Shown here in pieces: positions 40,471 to 52,082 of a DNA stretch of 64,000 nucleotides; positions within the stretch are counted from its first letter, which is position 1, and every line of letters begins with the position of its first letter. The notes below the pieces were generated by a model. The model searched no databases, was not told where the DNA came from, and saw only the letters and a list, made by a program, of their open reading frames with translations. The position numbers were made by a program, and so were the translations under genes. Source of the DNA: Macrostomum lignano (taxonomy: Eukaryota); contig NIVC01000130.1 of NCBI GenBank assembly GCA_002269645.1, positions 845,776 through 909,775 of the forward strand. The letters are read 5' to 3'.

Positions 40471-40604
40471 TTTTGATGAACTTGCTTGGCATTGAACTGT
40501 CGGTTCATTGTTTGTTTATTTGTGTGCACTACTGTGCTGTGGGCTGATCCTGCCATTGGGTGGCGTGTCTTTCTGCTGTGTGTCTTTCTCTGGCCTTGGC
40601 TTGT

Positions 40605-40867
40605 CTGCCTGTCTGTCTGTCTGCCTGTCTGTGTCTGTCTTTCTGTCTGTCTGTCTGTCTGTCTGTCTGTGTCTGTCCGTCTGTCTGTCTGTCTGTGTCT
40701 GCCTGTCTGTGTCTGTCCGTCTGTCTGTCTGTCTGTGTCTGCCTGTCTGTCTGCCTTCCTGTCTGTCTGCCTTCCTGTCTGTCTGTCTGTCTGTCTGTGT
40801 CTGTCTGTCTGTCTGTCTGCCTGCCTGTCTGTCTGCCTGTCTGTGTCTGTCTGTCTGTCTGTGTCTA

Positions 40868-40906
<39 letters not shown>

Positions 40907-41027
40907 GCCTGTCTGTGTCTGTCTGTCTGTCTCTGCCTGTCTGTCTGCCTGTCTGTGTCTGTCTGTCTGTCTGTCTGTCTGCCTGCCTGTCTGTCTGCCT
41001 GTCTGTCTGTCTGTCTGTCTGTGTCTA

Positions 41028-41066
<39 letters not shown>

Positions 41067-41307
41067 GCCTGTCTGTGTCTGTCTGTCTGTCTGTCTCTGC
41101 CTGTCTGTCTGCCTGCCTGTCTTTCTGTCTGTCTGTCTGTCTGTCTCTGCCTGTCTGTCTGCCTGCCTGTCTTTCTGTCTGTCTGTCTGTCTGTCTCTGC
41201 CTGTCTGTCTGCCTGCCTGTCTTTCTGCCTGTCTGTCTGCCCGCCTGTCTTTCTGCCTGTCTGTCTGCCTGCCTGTCTTTCTGTCTGTCTGTCTGTCTGC
41301 CTGTCTT

Positions 41308-41338
<31 letters not shown>

Positions 41339-41523
41339 TTCTGTCTGTCTGTCTGTCTGTCTCTGCCTGTCTGTCTGCCTGCCTGTCTTTCTGTCTGTCT
41401 GTCTGTCTGTCTCTGCCTGTCTGTCTGCCTGCCTGACTTTCTGCCTGTCTGTCTGCCTGCCTGTCTTTCTGTCTGTCTGTCTGTCTGTCTGTCTTTCTGT
41501 CTGTCTCTCTGCCTGCCTGTCTT

Positions 41524-41554
<31 letters not shown>

Positions 41555-41567
41555 GCCTGCCTGTCTT

Positions 41568-41606
<39 letters not shown>

Positions 41607-41753
41607 GCCTGCCTGTCTTTCTGTCTGTCTGTCTGTCTGTCTCTGCCTGTCTGTCTGCCTGCCTGTCTTTCTGCCTGTCTGTCTGCCTGCCTGTCTTTCT
41701 GTCTGTCTGTCTGTCTGTCTGTCTTTCTGTCTGTCTGTCTGCCTGCCTGTCTT

Positions 41754-41788
<35 letters not shown>

Positions 41789-41801
41789 GCCTGCCTGTCT
41801 T

Positions 41802-41838
<37 letters not shown>

Positions 41839-41859
41839 GTGTCTGTCTGTCTGTCTGTG

Positions 41860-41896
<37 letters not shown>

Positions 41897-41905
41897 GCCT
41901 GTCTT

Positions 41906-41940
<35 letters not shown>

Positions 41941-42137
41941 GCCTGCCTGTCTTTCTATCTGTCTGTCTGTCTGTCTCTGCCTGTCTGTCTGCCTGCCTGT
42001 CTTTCTGTCTGTCTGTCTGTCTGTCTCTGCCTGTCTGTCTGCCTGCCTGTCTTTCTGCCTGTCTGTCTGCCTGCCTGTCTTTCTGTCTGTCTGTCTGTCT
42101 GTCTGTCTTTCTGTCTGTCTGTCTGCCTGCCTGTCTT

Positions 42138-42172
<35 letters not shown>

Positions 42173-42185
42173 GCCTGCCTGTCTT

Positions 42186-42220
<35 letters not shown>

Positions 42221-42283
42221 GCCTGCCTGTCTTTCTGTCTGTCTGTCTGTCTGTCTCTGCCTGTCTGTCTGCCTGCCTGTCTT

Positions 42284-42318
<35 letters not shown>

Positions 42319-42331
42319 GCCTGCCTGTCTT

Positions 42332-42368
<37 letters not shown>

Positions 42369-42389
42369 GTGTCTGTCTGTCTGTCTGTG

Positions 42390-42426
<37 letters not shown>

Positions 42427-42435
42427 GCCTGTCTT

Positions 42436-42470
<35 letters not shown>

Positions 42471-42667
42471 GCCTGCCTGTCTTTCTATCTGTCTGTCTGT
42501 CTGTCTCTGCCTGTCTGTCTGCCTGCCTGTCTTTCTGTCTGTCTGTCTGTCTGTCTCTGCCTGTCTGTCTGCCTGCCTGTCTTTCTGCCTGTCTGTCTGC
42601 CTGCCTGTCTTTCTGTCTGTCTGTCTGTCTGTCTGTCTTTCTGTCTGTCTGTCTGCCTGCCTGTCTT

Positions 42668-42702
<35 letters not shown>

Positions 42703-42715
42703 GCCTGCCTGTCTT

Positions 42716-42750
<35 letters not shown>

Positions 42751-42868
42751 GCCTGCCTGTCTTTCTGTCTGTCTGTCTGTCTGTCTCTGCCTGTCTGTCT
42801 GCCTGCCTGTCTTTCTGCCTGTCTGTCTGCCTGCCTGTCTTTCTGTCTGTCTGTCTGTCTGTCTGTCA
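40605..42868. repeat. ~2.3 kb (TCTG)n-type microsatellite
   Basis: TCTG/CCTG/TTTC variants downstream of the NRBP stop codon. Confidence 0.98.
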
Positions 42869-43624
42869 ACATGCCTCCCTTCCCGTCCGATTGTACGTTG
42901 CCATATTTCGCCTACTTTGCCAGTGACCCGCTCTTACTTGTACTCCGAACACTGTCATCCAAGTCAATCGGTGTCCGCGACTATTTATAATATTATAAAT
43001 TTCTTCCTGATTTGCTGTGGAAATTTTTATCAATTACGTCTGGCCTCTCAATGCAATTTCAGCTGCAATTTAAATGCTTTCTCTTTGCCATTTCTTTCTT
43101 TAACTGTCCGCCCTTCCACCTTGGCCGGCCCCCGCCCTGTCTCCTACATGCAGATCTGCTGTGTTGCTTTGCCGCTCTCCGCCTTACTGCTCTAGTTCGT
43201 CATAGATTGTAGCTGTGAATTTTTATTGATGAATTTGTACTAATTTTAGTTTTACACCATTATAGTACCTTCAATCAAATCGATTTTATTAATACAAATT
43301 GTTCCTTTGTGTTGCAGTTTACACACGCATCAATTGATTAATCTGTGATTGTTTTTCTATTCGTTAATTAATCCGAAATTATTTAATGCATTGCATTGTA
43401 TTCCTTTTCTTCCTTGACATTTGGTACTACGCTTGCTTATACAGAGGCGAAGGGCTACTAACTAATATTGCATGCTATTTACTAATTGATAATTTTCACC
43501 TTTGAGAGTGATAAAAACGATTTTATTGGAATTTAGCCAGCTTTTGTCGTGCTTTTTCTGATGTTTTTTTAGGTTGGATTACTATATTATTTTTTTGTAC
43601 GTTGTGCTCTACATTTTACTTGAT

Positions 43625-44500
43625 GTACACTCAACCATTCTGTACGAAACTCTCACCCTAGATGTACACGCGGCCTGCCCCCGCCAACCCCCATTTGGCT
43701 CCTCTGGCCCTAGATTACACACGGCCTGCCCCCGCCAACCCCCATTTGGCTCCTCTGGCCCTAAATGTACACACGGCCTGCCCCCGCCAACCTCCATTTG
43801 GCTCCTCTTACCCTAGATGTACACACGGTCTGGCCCCGCCAACCCCCATTGGGCCACTCTTACCCTAGATGTACACGCGGCCTGCCATCGCCAACCCCCA
43901 TTGGGCCACTCTTACCCTAGATGTACACGCGGCCTGCCCCCGCCAACCCCCATTGGGCCACTCTTACCCTAGATGTACACGCGGCCTGCCATCGCCAACC
44001 CCCATTGGGCCACTCTTACCCTAGATGTACACGCGGCCTGCCCCCGCCAACCCCCATTGGGCCACTCTTACCCTAGATGTACACGCGGCCTGCCCCCGCC
44101 AACCCCCATTGGGCCACTCTTACCCTAGATGTACACGCGGCCTGCCATCGCCAACCCCCATTGGGCCACTCTTACCCTAGATGTACACGCGGCCTGCCCC
44201 TGCCAACCCCCATTGGGCCACTCTTACCCTAGATGTACACGCGGCCTGCCCCCGCCAACCCCCATTTGGCTCCTCTTACCCTAGATGAACACGCGGCCTG
44301 CCATCGCCAACCCCCATTGGGCCACTCTTACCCTAGATGAACACGCGGCCTGCCCCTGCCAACCCCCATTTGGCCCCTCTTACCCTAGATGTACACGCGG
44401 CCTACCCCTGCCAACCCCTATTTGGCTCCTCTTACCCTAGATGTACACGCGGCCTGCCATCGCCAACCCCCGTTTGGTCCCTCTTACGCTAGATATACTC
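43625..44500. repeat. 52-bp intergenic minisatellite
   Basis: CTAGATGTACACGCGGCCTGCCCCCGCCAACCCCCATTGGGCCACTCTTACC. Confidence 0.95.
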
Positions 44501-45498
44501 TTCTCTAACTAAACGTGTTCAATTTTTTTCGGATATAGAAGACGCCGAACTACTGTTAGAAGTTTAGAATAACTTTAGTTTTTTCTTTAAACTTAAAAAA
44601 GTAACTTTTTCTGAGCTTGCTTGCCTTTTCGCTGGCCTTTTCTCAGCTTTTTTGAAAATTGTTTTTTTTTAGTTACCGATTTTTGTGTTTCTTTCCGTCA
44701 TTTATAGATCTAAAAAAATTGAAACGCCACAATGATGCCTAAATATGGCTATAATTTTTTATAGTGTTCTGATTCAACCCATTTTCGATTCTTTTTTAAT
44801 TTATCAATCTATTCAGACTGCACGATCTTCCTTTTGTATATATATTATATATAAGTATTTATTGTGTTAGTGTAAAACGCGCTGTAGCCTATTTCGTTGG
44901 ACAATCGTCATAACTATTTTAGTCCTACTCTAGCTAGTAAAGCTCATTTATTCAAGTACAAATCATTATTCACATTGTTTGATGTCAGCATTGCAAATGA
45001 ATTCAAATTTATTGGAATGGTATGTATAATTTGTTTCATTTGCAATGCTGCCCAGTTAATACAAACCTTTATGCTAGAAGTTTTGTTACATTGAGAGTTC
45101 ACGATGTACTACAGAAAGATTGTACTTTTTGTTTGGTACACGAGTAACTAATAGTTTTTATTGATTTACTCATTTTTGGTATTATTTGTTTTGATATGCT
45201 ACACCTTTTTTCTTTTACTATTAAAGCTTCCGCTGTAAATCTATATTACTAAATATAACATTTTTATTAAAATCAATGGTTACTTTCCTTTCTGTTTTTA
45301 TTATTTATTATTCATTTTATTCGTATATTACTTATAGTAGATTAGTTGCGCAAACAAAGAGTTTACTACATTTTATTATTTCTACTTACAGTAGGTTGAC
45401 AATGCTAGCAGTAAAAACAAACTTTTTTTGTAAATATTTCTGCTTTTCTTTTTTTCGGCTACAAAGAATTAGACTGATTGATAATAATATCATACAGC

Positions 45499-48400
45499 AT
45501 GGTACTCGAAGCCACCGTGATCTGCGTAGACAATTCCGATTACGCTCGGAATGGCGATTTTGTGCCCACAAGACTGCTGGCCCAGCAGGACGCTGTCAGT
45601 TTGGTTTGCCATTCTAAGAAGTCCAACGCTGAGAATACGGTAAGAAAATATCGCGTACATGCATGTCGGTGTGCGTTTGTTCATTGGTTTTATTGGTTAA
45701 TTGCTAGTGCCGATATGTATCGAAGTTAACTTTAACAGCTTTCATTTACAAGGAAAAAATTAAGTTCAGTTCAGTTGCCGATATGTATCGAAATTTTTGT
45801 TATTTATTCAATCCTGTTAGGTCGGTTTAATCTGCATGGCTGGCGCCGAAGTGCTGGTGACTCTGTCCCCGGACGCCCAGAAGGTCATGTCCCGGCTGCA
45901 GTCTGTGCAGCCCCGGGGCAGCATCCAGTTTAGTACATCCATTCGCATCGCTCACTTGGCCCTGCGACACAGGCAGAGTCGAAATCAGCGAATGCGCATT
46001 GTGGCCTTCGTTGGCTCGCCTATTGCCGAGGACGAGAAGGTTAGCTCAATTGTGAGGCTTTGATACCAATTAGGGATATTGTATTGATAGTTATCCCAAT
46101 TAGGGATATTTTATTGATAGTTATCCCAATTAGGGATATTGTATTGATAGTTATCCCAATTAGGGATATTGTATTGATAGTTATCCCAATTAGGGATATT
46201 GTATTGATAGTTATCCCAATTAGGGATATTTTATTGATAGTTATCCCAATTAGGGATATTTTATTGATAGTTATCCCAATTGGGGATATTGTATTGATAG
46301 TTATCCCAATTGGGTATATTGTATTGATAGTTATCCCAATTAGGGATATTGTATTGATAGTTATCCCAATTAGGGATATTTTATTGATAGTTATCCCAAT
46401 TAGGGATATTTTATTTATATTTATCCCAATTAGGGATATTGTATTGATAGTTATCCCAATTAGGGATATTTTATTGATAGTTATCCCAATTAGGGATATT
46501 TTATTTATATTTATCCCAATTAGGGATATTGTATTGATAGTTATCCCAATTAGGGATATTGTATTGATAGTTATCCCAATTAGGGATATTGTATTGATAG
46601 TTATCCCAATTGGGGATGTTGTATGGATAGTTATACCAATTAGGGATATTTTATTGATATTTATCCCAATTAGGGATATTGTATTGATAGTTATCCCAAT
46701 TAGGGATATTTTATTGATAGTTATCCCAATTGGGGATATTGTATTGATAGTTATCCCATTGGGGATGTTGTATTGATAGTTATCCCAATTGGGGATGTTG
46801 TATTGATAGTTATCCCAATTAGGGTCAGGGATATTGTATTGATAGTTATCCCAATTAGGGATATTGTATTGATTAATTGAGAATTTCATTCATAACTTAT
46901 GTTACCAGGATCTGATTCGCCTGGGCAAACGGCTTAAAAAGGAGAATGTCAGTCTAGACGTGGTCAACTTTGGCGAGGAGGAGGCCAACCAGACCAAACT
47001 GACCGCCATGCTGGATGCTGTGAATGGCAAAGACGGCACCGGCTCTCATCTGGTTACCGTTACGGCCGGATCTATGCTTCACGATAGCCTGATGGTGAGG
47101 GACCGACTGTTACTGGGTTCATTTGAACCGCCTTCTGACTCCCATGAGAATCTCTCTCACTCCCATGAGAATCTCTCTCTCACTCTCAGGAGAAACGCCC
47201 CCCCCTGACTCCCATAAAAATCGCCCTCTGACTCTCACGGGAATCTCCCTCTGAATCTAACGAGAATCTCCCTTACTCTCACGAGAATCGCCCTCTGACT
47301 CTCACGAGAATCACCCTCTGAATCTAACGAGAATCGCCCTCTGACTCTCACGAGAATCACCCTCTGAATCTAACGAGAATCGCCCTCTGACTCTCACGAG
47401 AATCACCCTCTGAATCTAACGAGAATCGCCCTTACTCTCACGAGAATCACCCTCTGAATCTAACGAGAATCTCCCTTACTCTCACGAGAATCACCCTCTG
47501 AATCAACGAGAATCGCCCTGACTCTCACGAGAATCACCCTCTGAATCTAACGAGAATCGCCCTCTGACTCTCACGAGAATCACCCTCTGAATCTAACGAG
47601 AATCGCCCTCTGACTCTCACGAGAATCACCCTCTGAATCTAACGAGAATCGCCCTTCCTCTCACGAGAATCACCCTCTGAATCTAACGAGAATCGCCCTC
47701 TGACTCTCACGAGAATCACCCTCTGAATCTAACGAGAATCGCCCTTCCTCTCACGAGAATCACCCTCTGAATCTAACGAGAATCGCCCTTACTCTCACGG
47801 GAATCGGCCCCTGACTCTCACGAGAATCGCCCTTACTCTCACGGGAATCGGCCCCTGACTCTCACGGGAATCGGCCCCTGACTATCATAAGAATCGCCCC
47901 TTCAATCCCTCAGGTAAGCCCAATCGTTGTCGGCGAAGACGGCGCCGGCTCGCTGCCGCCGGGCTACGGCGGTGGCTACGACTTCGGCGTCGACGCCCAG
48001 GACGACCCGGAGCTGGCACTGGCTCTGCGCGTCTCCATGGAGGAGCAGCGGGCCAGGCAGGAGCAGCAAAACGCCAATCAGGAGGGCTCCGGCAGCCTAG
48101 CCGGCGGTGTTGTGGCCGCCTCGACTGGCGCCGGCACCGGCGCTGGCAGCGAAGCGCCACGCAACGCCGAGGAGGCGATGCTGGCTAGGGTTATGGGCGG
48201 CGCTGATACTGGTTAGAAACTGTTTTGTTAATCTGTATCGTAAAACTCTCTGTATGCCTACTATCAGTAGCTAATAAATGCCTTTTGATTGGTTCAAATT
48301 GCCACGAAACTGGCCCTCTAAAAGTAGCTTCTAGGAGTCTGATAAGAATTAGGAGTGACTCTGCTTAGGATTAGGAGTGACTCTCTGAGGATTAGGAGTG

Positions 48401-49178
48401 ACTCTACTGAGATTAGGAGTGACTCTCTGAGGATTAGGAGTGACTTTGATGAGGATTAGAAGTGACTTTGATGAGGATTAGAAGTGAAGGAGTGACTGTG
48501 ATGAGGATTAGGAGTGAAGGAGTGACTGTGATGAGGATTAGGAGTGAAGGAGTGACTGTGATGAGGATTAGGAGTGAAGGAGTGACTGTGATGAGGATTA
48601 GGAGTGACTGTGATGAGGATTAGGAGTGACTGTGATGAGGATTAGGAGTGACTGTGATGAGGATTAGGAGTGACTCTCTGATGATTAGAAGTGACTCTCT
48701 GAGGGTTAGGAGTGACTCGGTTAAACCTGCCGCCTCCGCAGGCGTCTCCATGGACACGGACATCGACATGCTGGCCAGCATGACCGAAGATGAGCAAATC
48801 GCGATGGCACTGCGCATGTCCCTCCAACCCGAGCTTGGCGCCGAGACCCCGGCGCCAACTGCCAGTGCCGCGGCCGCCGCTGCGGGCGGCGCCGGCGCCG
48901 CTTCTGGCGCCGCTTCTGGCTCGTCTAGCGAAGGCCGCCTCGATCCGCCTAGCAAGAAAATCAAAGTCGACCCGTCCGAAGATCTCAAATCCGGCTCGGC
49001 AGCCGCCGATGACGACGAGGCCCTCGAGGACCCGGAATTCCTGGAAAGCGTGCTCCAAGGCCTGCCGGGCGTGGACCCGAAATCCGCCGAAGTTCAAGCC
49101 GCCCTGCGCAATAGGAAGCGCGACAAAGACGGCGGCAATGAGGGCGGCAGCGGCGGCGGCGGCAGCGGAGCAGCTTGA
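45499..49178 (+). CDS. PSMD4: 26S proteasome non-ATPase regulatory subunit 4 (Rpn10/S5a), 426 aa
   Basis: Exons 45499-45639, 45821-46039, 46909-47094, 47914-48211, 48742-49178 (1281 nt, in frame). vWA start [21 protein letters not shown]; RIVAFVGSP; UIMs [16 protein letters not shown] and [12 protein letters not shown]; C-terminal [17 protein letters not shown]. Confidence 0.97.
46065..46870. repeat. 30-bp intronic minisatellite GATAGTTATCCCAATTAGGGATATTGTATT
   Basis: Directly visible; unit contains the TATCCC-AATTA-GGGATA inverted repeat. Confidence 0.97.
47140..47900. repeat. Intronic 23+23 bp dimeric minisatellite with GAGAATC(G/A)CCC core
   Basis: CTCTGACTCTCACGAGAATCACC / CTCTGAATCTAACGAGAATCGCC alternate. 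Confidence 0.93.
48335..48720. repeat. Intronic repeat GAGGATTAGGAGTGAC...
   Basis: Directly visible. Confidence 0.9.
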
Positions 49179-49317
49179 TTCATTAATTTTATTACCTGCT
49201 TTATTAATCCTTACCTATTACTGTCTGACTAAAAACTCGTTGGTTTGTTTTCGGCTCTTATTAATTAACTGCGCGCCTCTTTTGTTATTCTTAGGAGAAA
49301 CTATTAAGATATGGCTA

Positions 49318-49700
49318 CCTAGCAACGGGAGTGTTTACCTTGGATACCGGTAGTTTTGTGGATTTTCCGTGTAGCTTAAATACTCTGCATAGCAACGGTG
49401 TGTTTACCTTGGATACCGGTAGTTTCGTGGATTTTCCGTGTAGCTTAAATACTCTGCATAGCAACGGGTGTGTTTACCTTGGATACCGGTAGTTTCGTGG
49501 ATTTTCCGTGTAGCTTAAATACTCTGCATAGCAACGGGTGTGTTTACCTTGGATAACGGCAGTTTTTCGGATTTTCCGTGTAGCTTAAATACTCTGCATA
49601 GCAACGGGTGTGTTTACCTTGGATACCGGTAGTTTCGTGGATTTTCCGTGTAGCTTAAATACTCTGCATAGCAACGGGTGTGTTTACCTTGGATACCGCT
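49318..49700. repeat. 70-bp tandem repeat downstream of PSMD4
   Basis: GCAACGGGTGTGTTTACCTTGGATACCGGTAGTTTCGTGGATTTTCCGTGTAGCTTAAATACTCTGCATA, ~5 copies. Confidence 0.95.
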
Positions 49701-50699
49701 ACCTATAGTGAACAGAAAATTGCTTCCTTATCTACCGCCCTACCATAACTACGCGACTTAAGTTGCCTTGGGTACTAACGACTCCTGTGTACTTTTATAT
49801 TTTCAGCAAAGCTATGTACTATTAAATCTATTCAAAAGTTTGTCAATACTTGTACGATCTATTTGCAACCGTAGTAAAGCGAACACCACTATAATAAAAG
49901 TTTATATTTTCCTTTATTCCGCTCCAATTCGGCTTGTCTAAACTACTTCAAGTAGCACTGCATGAATATGACTATTTAATTTGCTAATAAGGAATCAAAT
50001 TGGCAATTGGCATTTTTTCTGCAAAAAAGCAAATAAAATTTAAAGTGCGTACTAATACGATCATTTAGCTTTGTCACCTCTTTTCCCCAAGTCTTTTAAC
50101 TTCAGCAAAAAAGTTTAAATAATACTAAACAATGGGAATATCTGCCGTCTTGCGCTTCATATGCTGTTGCTGCTAAAAGAAGACAAATTTTGCCTGGCCT
50201 GAAAGGCATCAATTGTTTGACTTTGTTTTCGTGTTTTCTTTAATAAAACTGACCCAACGAAACATGCCAAGTGGACTACTCGCGAAAACCAGATGAAGCC
50301 TTCATTTATTGATTCGTCCTTGAAATGCAGATCATTTGTAATCTTGATCGCATGCTCGTCTCAGAATTAGCACGGCCCAAGAGTCCAAAATCCAGACCAG
50401 ACAATGTGCCTTAGTCACCTGATGATGCTGGCAGCCTCAGGGCAGACCACAGATATTATAGTAATCTACAGACAGACAGACATCAAGAGAGTTGAGTGAG
50501 AATTACAGTATGTAATGGAATTCTTCGCTTCTCTCCAAGAGTCGCAGTAAATACTGGTATAAAGCCTGTTTCTTTCATTATTGTCAGCACGCCTCAGACA
50601 GGATTCTGTGAGCGTCTTAAGGTCGTTATTTGACGGCGAATGTACATATGAAATGTACGCAACCCTAGAGAGAGAGAGTGGGGAGGGTGTTAAATTCTG

Positions 50700-50935
50700 G
50701 CACTCCAATTTAAAGACTTTCTAGTGGAAAATTCCACTCCAATAGAACCTTGTGTGTCCGTTTACTTATTGGCTACAATAATCACTCAACCCCAAAGCGC
50801 CACCCTCCCCTATCCCCTACTAGCTCGACCCCCTCCAACCCCCCCTCTATAAATTATCGGACGAAAGCGCAGTTGAGGCTTCGCCTGCCTTCTTTTTTGA
50901 CACATTTTTAAATGGAGTCAATTCTATGTAAGTTT
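50700..50935 (+). promoter_or_regulatory. Candidate terminal promoter of the element (CCAAT x3, TATAAAT at 50848) and splice donor GTAAGT at 50928
   Basis: CCAAT at 50705 and ~50739, ATTGG at ~50769, TATAAAT 50848-50854, short ATG exon 50912-50927. Confidence 0.5.
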
Positions 50936-51353
50936 AACAATTTGGTTGTTATTGTTGCTTATCTGATGATATTCTTGTTTGTGCTGTTTTGGTAATCAGT
51001 GCAGTGGCTGTAAAATTACTAATTAGTGTAAGTAGTATGGGATAACAGAACTCTGCCGCAGGAATTTCCGTGGAAAAGCCATGGGCCCTAGTGAGTGAAC
51101 ATACGGGCCCATGTAAATCCATTGAGCGACTCTGCCGCAGGGAAAGCCATGGAAATTCCATGGGGGGCACATCGGGTGGGCATGGGGGCCCGGTGAGATA
51201 ACAAAGCGCATGCTGGTATATGTACTGAAGGAAACTCATTATTGCACCCACCCCACTCCGCCTAGAAAGTATATATAAGATGGGCGATTTTTTGAGGTTG
51301 GCTTCATGACGAAAGGAATTTTTGTGCATCCTTCTTAAAGAAACATATCATTA

Positions 51354-52082
51354 ATGGATCTCTGTGACGGCTTCAAAGTTCAAGTGCAAGAGTACGAAGG
51401 TCATCGCTTTATTGCAATCCGACGTTTCTTCTCCTCTGAAAGCGGGCTCAGAGCGGGCATCCCTGGCTTTAACCTCAATGCATACCAATGGGAGAAGTTG
51501 AAGCAGCTGAAACGCCAGCTTGTGCACTCGGCAGTCAATCGGCACAGCGTCACAGTCAAGCTTGGCTTTGATAAACTCGTTGTGGTCAGCAGGGGTATCA
51601 TCTGGCTGAAGCGCCTGCCGGAAGACTGTACAGAGGATTATCTGCGGCGGAACTCAGTGGCGCTGACTCCCCGTCTATGGGGAGAACTCTGGAAGAAGGC
51701 CGAGTGGATCGACAACGAGCTGCGAGAGAAGTCGGCGGAGAGTGAGTATCAGCTGGAGGCCGAGGACATCAAGCATGAGGGCCAAGAAACTCTGCCGGTC
51801 AGCGAAGAAGAAGAAGAAGAAGAGAAGAGGCTGCGCATCGTCGAGTCGGACAATGCAACCAGCTCGCCTGTTCTGCCAGAGACTTCAGTCGGGCGCATAC
51901 CCCAGCAAGACAGCGACCTGTCGCACGACCCACTGTGGTACCGGTTCCGTGCTGCTTCAGGGCTCGGCAACAGCGGCTGTCACAAACGAAAGCTTCCGTG
52001 GCCCCTGCGCAGGCAAAATGCAATCAAGTTGCCCAAAGTGATCAATGGTGGAGAGGATGGTGACGCAGACAAAAGTGCTTGA
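51354..52082 (+). CDS. PC4/Sub1-like (transcriptional coactivator p15, ssDNA-binding) protein, probably two tandem PC4 folds plus acidic tail
   Basis: VQVQEYEGHRFIAIRRFF...GIPGFNLNAYQWEKLKQ resembles PC4 VSVREFKGKVLIDIREYW...GRKGISLNPEQWSQLKE; second repeat ends NSVALTPRLWGELWK. Confidence 0.75.
   Translation: MDLCDGFKVQVQEYEGHRFIAIRRFFSSESGLRAGIPGFNLNAYQWEKLKQLKRQLVHSAVNRHSVTVKLGFDKLVVVSRGIIWLKRLPEDCTEDYLRRNSVALTPRLWGELWKKAEWIDNELREKSAESEYQLEAEDIKHEGQETLPVSEEEEEEEKRLRIVESDNATSSPVLPETSVGRIPQQDSDLSHDPLWYRFRAASGLGNSGCHKRKLPWPLRRQNAIKLPKVINGGEDGDADKSA

Noticed and set aside
40486-43195. Very long ORFs (up to 895 aa, LSVC/TDRQ repeats)
   Set aside because: Translations of the (TCTG)n microsatellite; open in several frames; no protein features
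11305-49700. CRISPR-like appearance of several regular arrays
   Set aside because: No unique spacers, no cas genes, eukaryotic context
50410-50460. CTGATGA as a hammerhead ribozyme core
   Set aside because: No properly placed GAAA or flanking stems found
50466-50708. 80-aa ORF spanning the predicted element boundary
   Set aside because: Crosses the (AG)n terminus, so it is probably a chimeric chance ORF
50912-50927. Idea that a mirrored terminal micro-exon (MESIL-T) supplies the PolB start codon
   Set aside because: Joining T to the acceptor at 63669 gives T+GA = TGA, an immediate stop
50949-51329. 126-aa minus-strand ORF near the element's left end
   Set aside because: No similarity recognised; overlaps the putative leader intron and regulatory motifs
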